Shown: positions 26,714-36,646 of the stretch, piece by piece
Layout: each line of letters starts with the position of its first letter
How positions within the stretch are numbered: the first letter of the stretch is position 1
From: a virus
Taxonomy: Duplodnaviria; Caudoviricetes
DNA: 40,863 nt
Virus record (IMG/VR): IMGVR_UViG_3300030207_002573
Location: 1 to 40,863 of that record
Strand: one strand, 5' to 3'
The notes under the pieces: generated by a model
The model's database searches: none
What the model was told of the DNA's origin: nothing
The model's input: the letters and a program-made list of their open reading frames with translations, nothing else
Program-made: the position numbers and the translations under genes

Positions 26714-28339
26714 ATGGCAACAGAAGAACAAACCATTATCCAAAGAGAGGCTCCTGAGGTCGAAGCCTTAAAATTAGGTCTGATAAATGCAGCTAAGGGA
26801 CTTGTTGAAACAGCTCCTACAGGTGGTTTACCACAAACACAGTTTGCTGCTTATGATCCTTTTCAAGATACAGCTAGAACATTAGCTACTTCCGCTATTG
26901 GTTCTTATGCTCCTTATTTAACAGAGGCTTTTACAGGCAACCAAGAAGCTACAAATAGATTAAAAAATGCAGTAACTAAAGCATACACTGATGCGCTTGC
27001 TAGTTACACCGATACAGATAGAGATACATTACTACAAACCGCTGGTGATAGAATCACTACTGCATTAGGCACTCCTACAGGATTTGGTGGTATACTTGGT
27101 GCTATCAATTTGGGAGCAGGGGCTACGCAAAACGTCCGTAGAAATATATTTGGTACTCCAGGAGAAGCTGGAACAGGTGCTTTGAGTGCAATTGATGCAC
27201 AACGGCTAGGTATAGACCAAGGGATTACTCGTACAGCTACATCTGATACAGAGCGAGCAAGATTAGCTCAAGTAGAAGCTGTTACAAAAGCTCGTGCAGC
27301 AGGAGATTTTGGTAAACAAAAAGCAACTGATGCAATATCAGCATTAGCAGGAACAGGTTTTAGCCCTACTGAGGCAGGAATAGGTGGTGTTTTTGACCCT
27401 AGTACAGCAGTTACTGAGTTCCTTAACCCTTATACATCTGCTGTAATAGATCAAAGTTTGGCTGATTTACAAAGGGCAAGTGATATTGCGGCTATACGTG
27501 AAGATGCACAGGCAGCACAGGCAGGGGCGTTTGGTGGTTCCCGAGCAGGTATTGTACAAGCAGAACGCGATAGAAATTTGTTAGATGCTCAAGCAAGGAT
27601 TGCATCACAATTAAGGCAACAAGGGTACGGACAAGCTCTACAGCAAGCTCAGCAAGCGTTTGAAGCAGGCAGAGCGGGACAGCAAAATTTAGCACAACTA
27701 ACAGGACAGTTAGGACAGGCAGGAGCAGGTACACAATTAAGTGCAGAACAGTTAGCACAACAGGGAGCATTGGGTTCTGGACAGTTGGGGTTAAGTGCAT
27801 CACAAGCAGCTGCAGACCTTGCTCTTAGAGGAGGACAGTTAGGATTAAGTGCAGAAGAATTAGCATTGCGAGAGGCAGCGCAACAAGGCTCCCTTGCTAG
27901 TGAAGCAGCTAGGTTAGGGTTGAGTGAAGCAGAATTAAGAGCGCAGGTTGGCTTGCAAGGAGCGCAACTTGGATTACAAGGAGCGCAAGGTTTACAAAGT
28001 GTTGCTGGCGATATAGGACGTCAGGCAACGCAACGTGCGGCACTTGGCGAGTTACAATCTGGGTTACAAAGACAAGATATTGATATGATGAACCAGTTAG
28101 GTCAACAACGGTTCCAGACAGAGCAAGCGAAACTAGATGCCCAACAACAAGACCAATTAGCCGAAGTATACGAACCATACCAACGGTTAGGTTTTTACAG
28201 TGATATATTACGAGGAGCGCCATCTACACAAATGAGTATATCACAGGCTTCTACTCCCAATCCTTCTTTACTTAATCAAGTTGTCGGTGGTGCGGCTACA
28301 GGGTTAGGTATAGCAGGAGCAGCTAATAAAATATTTTAG
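26714..28339 (+). CDS. Putative DNA ejection (pilot) protein, Gln/Ala/Gly-rich
   Basis: 'FLNPY...AGAFGGSR' motif and helical QAG repeats. Confidence 0.65.
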   Translation: MATEEQTIIQREAPEVEALKLGLINAAKGLVETAPTGGLPQTQFAAYDPFQDTARTLATSAIGSYAPYLTEAFTGNQEATNRLKNAVTKAYTDALASYTDTDRDTLLQTAGDRITTALGTPTGFGGILGAINLGAGATQNVRRNIFGTPGEAGTGALSAIDAQRLGIDQGITRTATSDTERARLAQVEAVTKARAAGDFGKQKATDAISALAGTGFSPTEAGIGGVFDPSTAVTEFLNPYTSAVIDQSLADLQRASDIAAIREDAQAAQAGAFGGSRAGIVQAERDRNLLDAQARIASQLRQQGYGQALQQAQQAFEAGRAGQQNLAQLTGQLGQAGAGTQLSAEQLAQQGALGSGQLGLSASQAAADLALRGGQLGLSAEELALREAAQQGSLASEAARLGLSEAELRAQVGLQGAQLGLQGAQGLQSVAGDIGRQATQRAALGELQSGLQRQDIDMMNQLGQQRFQTEQAKLDAQQQDQLAEVYEPYQRLGFYSDILRGAPSTQMSISQASTPNPSLLNQVVGGAATGLGIAGAANKIF

Positions 28340-28347
28340 GAAGTATT

Positions 28348-29949
28348 ATGGAACCACTTGACAGACCCATGTTTTCACTGAAACAAGATGGTTCAGTGTA
28401 TTTATCTCCTGCATTACGTTATATGGCACAAAACGCAGATGTACTTAATCAGTCTATAGCTAATGCTAATGCAAGAGGGTTGCAGGGTTTAGCACGGCAA
28501 GCGCAAATAGAGCGCGATGCAGAATTACATTATGCTTTCCATGGTCAGCCAGAAGGCAGGGCATATGGTGGACGGACATTTCTTGGGGGGTTATTAGAGC
28601 CAAGGTTAGGTGATACTTTTGGTTTATCACCAGAGCGAAGAGAAGAATTAATACAAGAACGCGATGCACCAAGTGGTTCAACAGGTATGGTTACGCCTCC
28701 GCCAACTAATAATGAGTTAGTGCCTTTAGTGCCTATTGGTGATTTTGATTCGTCTGTTTTATCACAAGGTCCTGGAGATGGTGGTGGTATGGCAGAAGGC
28801 GGAGAAGTAAAAGCAGATAATGGATACCAATCAAGTGCTGTTGTACAAGGTTATCTTCTTGCAAATCCTGAAGTATTACAACATGCTGTCCGTACAGCAC
28901 AGGGAACAGGTATAGGTCCTGGAACAGAGTTTCAAAGAGTTGTGGAAAATACTGCAAGAGAGCATTTCCGTGATTTTGGAATGGACGAAGGTAGGCAAGT
29001 AGCAGGTTATGCCGATAATGGCAGATCTTTAATGCAGGAAGAAGTAACCAGATTACCTTCTTTAAGACGTCCAACGGAAGGTATTGCTTCTGTACCTATT
29101 TCACCTATCAACCCAAGAATGCTTGCTTTTGCAACTATACTAGCAAACACGCGAGATATGCCAGATCCAGGAACTCAAGGTGAATTACGAGCAGAATTTA
29201 GAAACAAAGGAGGAGGATCTGGTGCAAGTACGATTACTGATATATACAACCTCACTGGTACAATAAGCCCATCGTTACGTGATAGGTTAATTGATCGTTT
29301 TTATGGGGCTACTAATGAAGATAAACTTCCTGGAAGAGTTGATGATATAATTAGTTACATGTTTAGAAGAAACGATGATGGGGACAATGCGTTTGAGGTA
29401 ACTGGAGGAACAGAGGGGTTATTACGAGCATATGATCAATTAGGTATAACAGGAGCAGGTGATACCTATGCAGATAGACAAGTAACAGATTTTCTTGATG
29501 TAATAAGGAAAAATCCCGTTTCTAGTATAAATTTTGATGGGACTGGTGGAGCAGATCAAATTAGTTTAGGAGGACCTACCGGAACAGGTTATGATAGTGT
29601 GCAACAAATGATTGCTGATTTTCCAAATATGGCACAACAATTTGCTGCTGTTCCTACAATTAATCCAGTAGGGATTTTAAATACATTATATAATATGTAC
29701 ACAGGGGATATTAGTAGAAACCCATATGATACAAGTGATGCAACAGGTACACGACCAGATAGGAGTGTACCTTCCCCAATGGATTTTGGAGGGGGAATGA
29801 TAGGAAATGCGCCACTTACAGAACAAGAAATGCAAATAATGGATGCGTTACAATTTAATTCTCCTGGATATCCTGGACTCGTGGGATCAGGAAAAGACAG
29901 CGGATTTGCTGGCATACAAGGAATAAGAGATACCCCTACGTTTACTTAA
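28348..29949 (+). CDS. Putative internal virion protein
   Basis: Long ORF in the ejection cluster; 'LDRPMF' start; MAEGG motif. Confidence 0.55.
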   Translation: MEPLDRPMFSLKQDGSVYLSPALRYMAQNADVLNQSIANANARGLQGLARQAQIERDAELHYAFHGQPEGRAYGGRTFLGGLLEPRLGDTFGLSPERREELIQERDAPSGSTGMVTPPPTNNELVPLVPIGDFDSSVLSQGPGDGGGMAEGGEVKADNGYQSSAVVQGYLLANPEVLQHAVRTAQGTGIGPGTEFQRVVENTAREHFRDFGMDEGRQVAGYADNGRSLMQEEVTRLPSLRRPTEGIASVPISPINPRMLAFATILANTRDMPDPGTQGELRAEFRNKGGGSGASTITDIYNLTGTISPSLRDRLIDRFYGATNEDKLPGRVDDIISYMFRRNDDGDNAFEVTGGTEGLLRAYDQLGITGAGDTYADRQVTDFLDVIRKNPVSSINFDGTGGADQISLGGPTGTGYDSVQQMIADFPNMAQQFAAVPTINPVGILNTLYNMYTGDISRNPYDTSDATGTRPDRSVPSPMDFGGGMIGNAPLTEQEMQIMDALQFNSPGYPGLVGSGKDSGFAGIQGIRDTPTFT

Positions 29950-29965
29950 ATAATGGGCAATTGAT

Positions 29966-32725
29966 ATGATGAATAAAATGATGATGCAACCAATGACCCC
30001 CGCTTCAGAAAACTCGGGCATTGCTTCAGGTATGATGGCCGAGGTTGCTCCACCTGATGGAGTGGAGACCATGCGATCGATGGCTTCTCAGATGGAGCAG
30101 GTATATAATAAACTAGATAGTTCTGAAAATATAGAAGATGTTATTAATGCAATGCGTGGTGATGAACAACCATTGTCAGAACGGTATAATGAGTTAGCTG
30201 AATTAGTTGGCCCTGCCGATGCAAAGAAAACACCTGAGTCTGTTCTTACTGTATTACAGCCTACTTTCCAAATATTACAATCAGTACCTGATGGGGGTAT
30301 TGCATCAGCCCCGATGGGAGGTGTGGAAAGTTCCGAAGAAAATTTTAGTAGCCCCTCTGCCACAGCACCAACTGATCAGGCAGAGGCTGTCCTAGCAATG
30401 TCGCGTGGTGAGCAACCAGTAGGCATGAGGTTAGGCGGTATGCCGATGCCTTTTAGACAGAATTATATGGAGAGAAACACCCCTTTCATAACTTCTAGTA
30501 ATGCTCAAAATATGACAGCTGAGGCATTAGCTAGAAACAATCCAAATGCTCCAGGATTATTAGGTCAATTACAAACTGGTCGCACATTATCTCCTATTCC
30601 GCTTCCAACTTATCCTGATATAGATATAGGTAATATAAGAAGTAAGGTGAAAGATTTTACAGGTCTTTTAGATAGCTTTGATTTAGTTAAAGGGGAAGAG
30701 GATCCTGTAAAGATTGCTGAACAGTTAGATATATTACGTAAACAGTATGCACCTACAGCAGAAGAACCAGAAGATATACTCGCAAGACGTAAGGAGTTTA
30801 TGGGTACAACAGATGCAGATGCTGCAGAAACCCAAGCATTTTTAGCATTAGCTCGAGCAGGTTCACAACTTGCCCAAACCCCAGGATCTTTACTTACAGG
30901 ATTAACAACAGCAGCAGGGCCTTTTGCTGAAAGTTTAAGTAAAATTGCAGCAACTAAAACTAAAGCAGAGCGTGAAGCAAAAGGTGCGGCTTTTGATCTT
31001 TCACTAAAACAAAAAGAAAAGGTTAGGGCTTTTGGGGAAACAACTGCTAATAAAGCTATTGAAGAGGCCCTTGCAAATAAAAGATCAAATGCCAAAACAA
31101 TTAATGATCAAACTGCACTCCTTGTTCGCGAAGGTTTACAAGAAGCAGGTAAAAACAGAGATGCTGCAATTAAAGCAATAAATGCTGGATATACAATTGA
31201 TAAATCTAATAATACTTTAAGTGACCAAGTAGTTTACGCAAGGAAAAACCCAACAACAGGCGAAATGGAAACCCTTGTTTTTTATGATAAGGCCGGAAAA
31301 TATTTAGATCCTAAAACAAACAAATTTGTTGATGGCGCTCCCCCTAATGATTACCGTCCTGTAAAACCCTTAGAGGTAGATGACTTAATTAATGGGCCTA
31401 ATTCAGGAGCATTAAAAGATGCGCTCAAAAGCGCAAAACCTAAACCTCTCCAACTTTTACAAAGAGATGCAAATGGCAAAGCGACTGGTTTTAAAAGGGT
31501 AGAGGGTTTTTTCCTAAACGGTAGGGATTACATACCAAATGCTAATGGAGGGTTTACAGCATTAAATCCTGGAGAATATTTTAGGGATGATGGCAAATCG
31601 ATTTACGAAGTAAAAGATGAGCAAGGTGTTAGATTTAAAATTATTAGAAACCCATCCGATAACTCTATAATTTCTCGTACACCTATAGACGAGCGCTCAC
31701 CAAATGCTTTTGGTGCTGCTACTGGTGGTAACTCCCCTTATGGTAAATATACAGTTACCGAAGAAAACAAAAGTAGATTAGAAAACTTATATGGAAAAAC
31801 ATTAACTGTTGGCGATAGCGTTGATTTAGGTAACCCAACAATTTACAGAGTAACTCCTTCTGCTTCTTTCCCTAAAAACCAAGACAATCAGTACATATTA
31901 CCTGAAAAACTTAGAAATGAGTTACAAGAAAAAACAGCGAATAGAGGTGAATTAATTAGAGAAATAAATGATAAGTTGTTAAATGAAGATTTCTTAAAAA
32001 CTTTTGGTATTAAAGGTGGTATGACTTCATTTATCTCTGGTAATGTTGCAGGTCTTTTTGGTGATACTAAGTTTGCTAGAGCATTAACTGATGTAAATTC
32101 TGAGGAGTATAGAACTACAAGTCAATTACTTGATAGATTAGTTAAACGTTCTTTAGCATTATCGTCAAGGTTCCCTGTAAGAGAATTAGAACAACTTCAA
32201 CAGTTATTGCCAAAAGCAGGTGAAATTTTTACACAACCTACGGCTGTCCTTAAACAGATTCAAACATTTATGGCGGCAAATACAAATGAACAATTAACTG
32301 ATTTACATTTACTAAACCCTGTGGATAACCCTTCAGCAAGAGTATATCAAATGCAGAGTGGGTCAAAAGAAGACCCATTTAGGTTTGATGAAGTGATTAC
32401 CACTACAAACTCAGATGGGGAACAAATGAGATATCTTCCTGCTTTTAATTTTGCCAAAAGGTTAGCTGAAAGTGGTAGAGATTTGCAAAACCAATTTGCT
32501 ATAATGACGGTTAAACAAGCTGAAACACTAGGCTTGCCAGAAAATGTTTGGAAACGTAAAGAAGCTAATCCGCAAGAATTAATAACGGTTAAATTAAAAA
32601 CAATTAGAGCACAACAGGAGGGTAGACCAAACATAACCTTCACAGGTGAACGTGTTGAGACACCACCTGAAAGTAAATCTTTTATTGGTCGAGGTCCGTT
32701 TTTTGGTTTTGGCGTAGCGAGGTAA
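29966..32725 (+). CDS. Putative internal virion / ejection protein
   Basis: 919-aa ORF, largely helical; position in cluster. Confidence 0.6.
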   Translation: MMNKMMMQPMTPASENSGIASGMMAEVAPPDGVETMRSMASQMEQVYNKLDSSENIEDVINAMRGDEQPLSERYNELAELVGPADAKKTPESVLTVLQPTFQILQSVPDGGIASAPMGGVESSEENFSSPSATAPTDQAEAVLAMSRGEQPVGMRLGGMPMPFRQNYMERNTPFITSSNAQNMTAEALARNNPNAPGLLGQLQTGRTLSPIPLPTYPDIDIGNIRSKVKDFTGLLDSFDLVKGEEDPVKIAEQLDILRKQYAPTAEEPEDILARRKEFMGTTDADAAETQAFLALARAGSQLAQTPGSLLTGLTTAAGPFAESLSKIAATKTKAEREAKGAAFDLSLKQKEKVRAFGETTANKAIEEALANKRSNAKTINDQTALLVREGLQEAGKNRDAAIKAINAGYTIDKSNNTLSDQVVYARKNPTTGEMETLVFYDKAGKYLDPKTNKFVDGAPPNDYRPVKPLEVDDLINGPNSGALKDALKSAKPKPLQLLQRDANGKATGFKRVEGFFLNGRDYIPNANGGFTALNPGEYFRDDGKSIYEVKDEQGVRFKIIRNPSDNSIISRTPIDERSPNAFGAATGGNSPYGKYTVTEENKSRLENLYGKTLTVGDSVDLGNPTIYRVTPSASFPKNQDNQYILPEKLRNELQEKTANRGELIREINDKLLNEDFLKTFGIKGGMTSFISGNVAGLFGDTKFARALTDVNSEEYRTTSQLLDRLVKRSLALSSRFPVRELEQLQQLLPKAGEIFTQPTAVLKQIQTFMAANTNEQLTDLHLLNPVDNPSARVYQMQSGSKEDPFRFDEVITTTNSDGEQMRYLPAFNFAKRLAESGRDLQNQFAIMTVKQAETLGLPENVWKRKEANPQELITVKLKTIRAQQEGRPNITFTGERVETPPESKSFIGRGPFFGFGVAR

Positions 32726-32729
32726 TTAC

Positions 32730-35700
32730 ATGTCTCTTGATGATTCATTAGATGAGCGAATGATTCAAGCTGTTTCTGGGCCTGAAATAGACGAAGTAGA
32801 GGTTTTAAAATCTGCACAGGATATAACTAAGGTTGGTGATCCTGTAGAAGGTGCCTCACTTGGTTTTGAAGGTGAAGCACAACCTTCTAGGGTAACTGGT
32901 TTAGGTGATGGTTTAGAGCCTGTATTTGGTGATAGTATTTTAACAACAGCGATAACAGGTTTTAATAGAGGGTTAGCTAATTTAGTTGACCCTGTCATAT
33001 ATAATGCTGCTGTTGCACTCAGGAAAATAGGAGAAGCAACAGGCAGTCCTATGTTGGCAAATATCCAGCCAGAAAGAAACCAAATGGCTCGTGTATTTGC
33101 TTCAGGTGATTTTGAAACACAAAATATTATGAGTAATGTATTAGGTATACCTATTCAATATGGGGAAGGTGCTGATATTGGTGTAACTCCAGAAGAGGGA
33201 TTAGCAAGCGAGTTTGTATATGGGGGAGGTAAATTTCTTGGAGAGGGCGCTCCTGTCGCAATGGGGTTACAAACGGCGGCTAATCTTGCTACCAAGTCTG
33301 CAGGATTACTAACCCCTAAAGTTGTTCCCGTTGAGGGAGGCACTGCGGCTAATGTTGTAGACGATATTTTACGGATGCAAGCACAAGCTCCTGGAACTGT
33401 AGCCGCGACAGAGGCAGGCATCAGTGGTTTAGCAGGTGGTGTTACAGAAACAGCAGATAGTCCCACATTAGGCATGACCGCAGCTTTCTTGCCATCTGCT
33501 ATTCCAGGAATTGTCAAAAACTTACCCGTCGTAAGAGGTGGCACAGGAGCTATAGGTTGGCTGAGACAAAGAACTCCTGGAAAGATAAGTGATTTAAGGG
33601 ATGTTGCCACAGGTGCAAAAAGTGCAACTGAAGGAGAAGGTGGGCAACTTTTAGTTAATAAAGCCCAAAGGATGATACAAGAACAATTAAACCTAAACCC
33701 AGAACAATCAAAAGCCGCTGTTGAACGATTCCAAGAAATTGTAGCTAAAATACCAGAACTTGAAACAATGGCTCCTGGACAAGTATTTGATAACCAAGCA
33801 TTAATAAAAACATTCCAAGATGCTGTATTAGATGCACCTAATGAACAAATCCCTGCTCTTAATGCTTTGTTAGAAGGCTATGTAAGTGGAGCTACACGAT
33901 TTAAAGGTACAATAGGTGTAGAGGGTACCGATACTGGAGTAACTGGCAATAATATTTTAGTAATGGATAGTGCTAGAAAAACATTTAACCTAGGAGTAAA
34001 AAAAGAGGCGGATGACATAGTTGATGAAGAGGCGTTTTTAACACGAGAGGCCAGTAAGATAGAACGCACAGGTTCGCAAAGACAAACAGAAAGGTTAAAG
34101 TTGCAAGCATCACTTGCTAAAAGAGTAGAAGACGCTAGAGAAGCAGTAGAGAAAGAAAAAATTAGGTTAGGTATAGTACAAGAAAGAAGACCTATCAAAG
34201 CTTCAGGTAAGCGCGAAAAAGTATTAACTAGACCAGATGATTTAGTTGAACCAGCGGCAGTATTAGCATTACAACAAAGAGTGCAAAGAGAAATTTTACC
34301 CCGCGAAGGAACAGAAGCTTTTTCGTTTGACAAATTACCTGCAAGTATAAAATCAATAGCGCAGTGGGATTCGAGTAAAGATTTTACTTTTCGTGATTGG
34401 TTATTAGCAAGGGAAGAAGTTAGTAATGCAATTAGTAAGGGGAGCACTTATGGCGATGCACAGCTTCCTACACTCATGGCATATAGAGATATGCTTGAAG
34501 ATTTTGCCATAACTGGTTTTAACAACCTCGGCCCTAAATATAAAGAGTTTATTGATTTTGCTAAAACAAATTTGTACGACCCTTTTGAACGTTCTTTAAT
34601 TATGGGTGTTACAAGGAGAGATCAAAAAGCAGATCGGTTTATTACCCAAGGGGAACAGATTACAAAAACATTTCTAAAACAAGAACCCGAAATATTACGA
34701 AGGTTTGTTAAAACTGTTGGTACAGATGCCCCAGAAGTAAATGATTTAAAAAATGTTTTATTAGATGATTTATATGATTCTGCTTATGTTGGAACCAACG
34801 GCAAATGGGATGATGCAAAAATTAATAAATGGATGGGTGATAATAAAAATTATTTAGAAGAGCTTCCTGGAACAGGTGATAATAATTTTTTCCAAGATTT
34901 AACAAATACACAGCGATTATTACAACAATCATTATTACGTAGGAAACAAGCGACCCAACGTAAAGAAGAAATACAAAAGAGTTTGTTAGGTAAGTTTTTT
35001 GAAAGAGAAACAAAACAAGGCACTCTACAACCAGAAGAAGATTTCCTTACACAATTAGTAATGAGGCCCACAAAAGAAGGTGGGCAACGGACTATGGTTA
35101 AAACTAGGAATGATTTTCTTGCCTCAGAAGAAGGAAAATCATTAGGAAAAACTGGTGCGGAAAATGTATTTAGAAGAACCATCTTTGAAAAATTAGATGA
35201 ACAAATGAACATTATGCAAGACCCAGAAAAATTTAAAGCGTGGATGCAACAAGATAAAAACACACAATTATTAAAAGATGCAGGTTTTTCTGATTCACAT
35301 ATGAAAGACCTATACTTATTAGCTGATGCTTCTGAGCGTATAAATACAATACCCATTTTAGAGTTTAAGGGTTTAAATAGTAGTGGAATTATTGCAAAGA
35401 TTGCAGAAGCTCTTGGCACATCACCTGCTGCTGTTTCTACTAGGGTGCTTGCTGTAAAAGAAAACAGGATTTCCCCAAGAACAGCTTTTATTTATTTAGC
35501 AAGTAGGGCTATAGGAGCGCAAAACCAAATACGAATGAATGCACTTATGCGCGAAGCAATTACAGACCCACAATTAGCAAGAATGCTTACAACAGAATTA
35601 CCTGAAGCAAACCCTGTAGGGCGTATTCCAGGACCAATACAGCGTAAAGTAAATAATTATCTAATTGGTTCTGGTATAGAAGCAGTAGAACAAATAGACC

Positions 35701-35978
35701 AAGAGATGGAAAAGGCTAGACCACTTGCTACCTTCCCTAGTTCGGGACAATCATTTGGTGTAAACCCAGAAACAAACCAGAACATTGAGACGACACCTAT
35801 TGCTCCTGCATCCCCACCACCATCAATGGATTTAAGTCAGATCGCTCCTCCGCCTCCTATCGCACCCACAGGAGGAAGCCAAGTTGATGTTGCATCACTG
35901 TTTCCATTTGATCCAACCTCAGCAGCAATACAAAAGCGACAGCAACAGCAACAAGGTTTAGGCTCATTAATGATCTAA
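32730..35978 (+). CDS. Putative large internal virion protein
   Basis: 1082 aa, last gene of the morphogenesis operon; 'SLFPFDP' C-terminal motif. Confidence 0.6.
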   Translation: MSLDDSLDERMIQAVSGPEIDEVEVLKSAQDITKVGDPVEGASLGFEGEAQPSRVTGLGDGLEPVFGDSILTTAITGFNRGLANLVDPVIYNAAVALRKIGEATGSPMLANIQPERNQMARVFASGDFETQNIMSNVLGIPIQYGEGADIGVTPEEGLASEFVYGGGKFLGEGAPVAMGLQTAANLATKSAGLLTPKVVPVEGGTAANVVDDILRMQAQAPGTVAATEAGISGLAGGVTETADSPTLGMTAAFLPSAIPGIVKNLPVVRGGTGAIGWLRQRTPGKISDLRDVATGAKSATEGEGGQLLVNKAQRMIQEQLNLNPEQSKAAVERFQEIVAKIPELETMAPGQVFDNQALIKTFQDAVLDAPNEQIPALNALLEGYVSGATRFKGTIGVEGTDTGVTGNNILVMDSARKTFNLGVKKEADDIVDEEAFLTREASKIERTGSQRQTERLKLQASLAKRVEDAREAVEKEKIRLGIVQERRPIKASGKREKVLTRPDDLVEPAAVLALQQRVQREILPREGTEAFSFDKLPASIKSIAQWDSSKDFTFRDWLLAREEVSNAISKGSTYGDAQLPTLMAYRDMLEDFAITGFNNLGPKYKEFIDFAKTNLYDPFERSLIMGVTRRDQKADRFITQGEQITKTFLKQEPEILRRFVKTVGTDAPEVNDLKNVLLDDLYDSAYVGTNGKWDDAKINKWMGDNKNYLEELPGTGDNNFFQDLTNTQRLLQQSLLRRKQATQRKEEIQKSLLGKFFERETKQGTLQPEEDFLTQLVMRPTKEGGQRTMVKTRNDFLASEEGKSLGKTGAENVFRRTIFEKLDEQMNIMQDPEKFKAWMQQDKNTQLLKDAGFSDSHMKDLYLLADASERINTIPILEFKGLNSSGIIAKIAEALGTSPAAVSTRVLAVKENRISPRTAFIYLASRAIGAQNQIRMNALMREAITDPQLARMLTTELPEANPVGRIPGPIQRKVNNYLIGSGIEAVEQIDQEMEKARPLATFPSSGQSFGVNPETNQNIETTPIAPASPPPSMDLSQIAPPPPIAPTGGSQVDVASLFPFDPTSAAIQKRQQQQQGLGSLMI

Positions 35979-36646
35979 AGTAAAAATGCTTGTGTATAAT
36001 TACTGAGTTGTTGTTTAGATATATTGTAATATTCCTCAACTAACTCAATACCTGTAAACTCCATACCAAATTGTTTGCAGACAACGCCTGTTGTCCCTGT
36101 ACCCATAAATGGGTCAAGTACATTTTGGTTTGGATGACAGAACGAACGTAAAATAAACTCTACTGCTTTCGGGTGCATTACTGCTCTATGTTGTTCTTTG
36201 TAAGGGTTCTCTGAATATACAGGTGTACAAAAATGATTTTTTGTATACGTATCATTACCTTTAAGTGCGGTATTATTATTACTCAATACTAAAATATATT
36301 CGTAAGCATTAGTAACTGCATCACCACCTGCTGGAGTTGGATTAGATTTATTCCAAATTATTGTTTCTATTATTTGTTCTGCAAAATGCCCAAACAACTT
36401 ATAGAGTTCAACACGATTGTAAAAGTTTTTCTGCACATTATAAAAGACATTACCTTTACAAACTCGTAAACATTGTTCTATAGATTCTACAAGGAAATCA
36501 AAATAATCATCACTAATATCTGTAAACGAAGCGTACTTATCATCCCTCTTTCTATTGTAAGGAGGCGATGTAAACACTGTATCAAACTGTTCATTTGCAA
36601 ATGTTTTAATTACAACAGTGCTATCGCCTAGGATTAAATTATCCAC
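35975..36646 (-). CDS. Orphan beta-class amino DNA methyltransferase (N4-C or N6-A)
   Basis: Catalytic 'TSPPYN' precedes SAM-binding 'VLDPFMGTGTTG'; no cognate endonuclease adjacent. Confidence 0.9.
   Translation of the reverse strand: MDNLILGDSTVVIKTFANEQFDTVFTSPPYNRKRDDKYASFTDISDDYFDFLVESIEQCLRVCKGNVFYNVQKNFYNRVELYKLFGHFAEQIIETIIWNKSNPTPAGGDAVTNAYEYILVLSNNNTALKGNDTYTKNHFCTPVYSENPYKEQHRAVMHPKAVEFILRSFCHPNQNVLDPFMGTGTTGVVCKQFGMEFTGIELVEEYYNISKQQLSNYTQAFLL

Noticed and set aside
4420-36039. Many short minus-strand ORFs in the ORF track
   Set aside because: They are shadows of long + strand genes and have no recognisable motifs.
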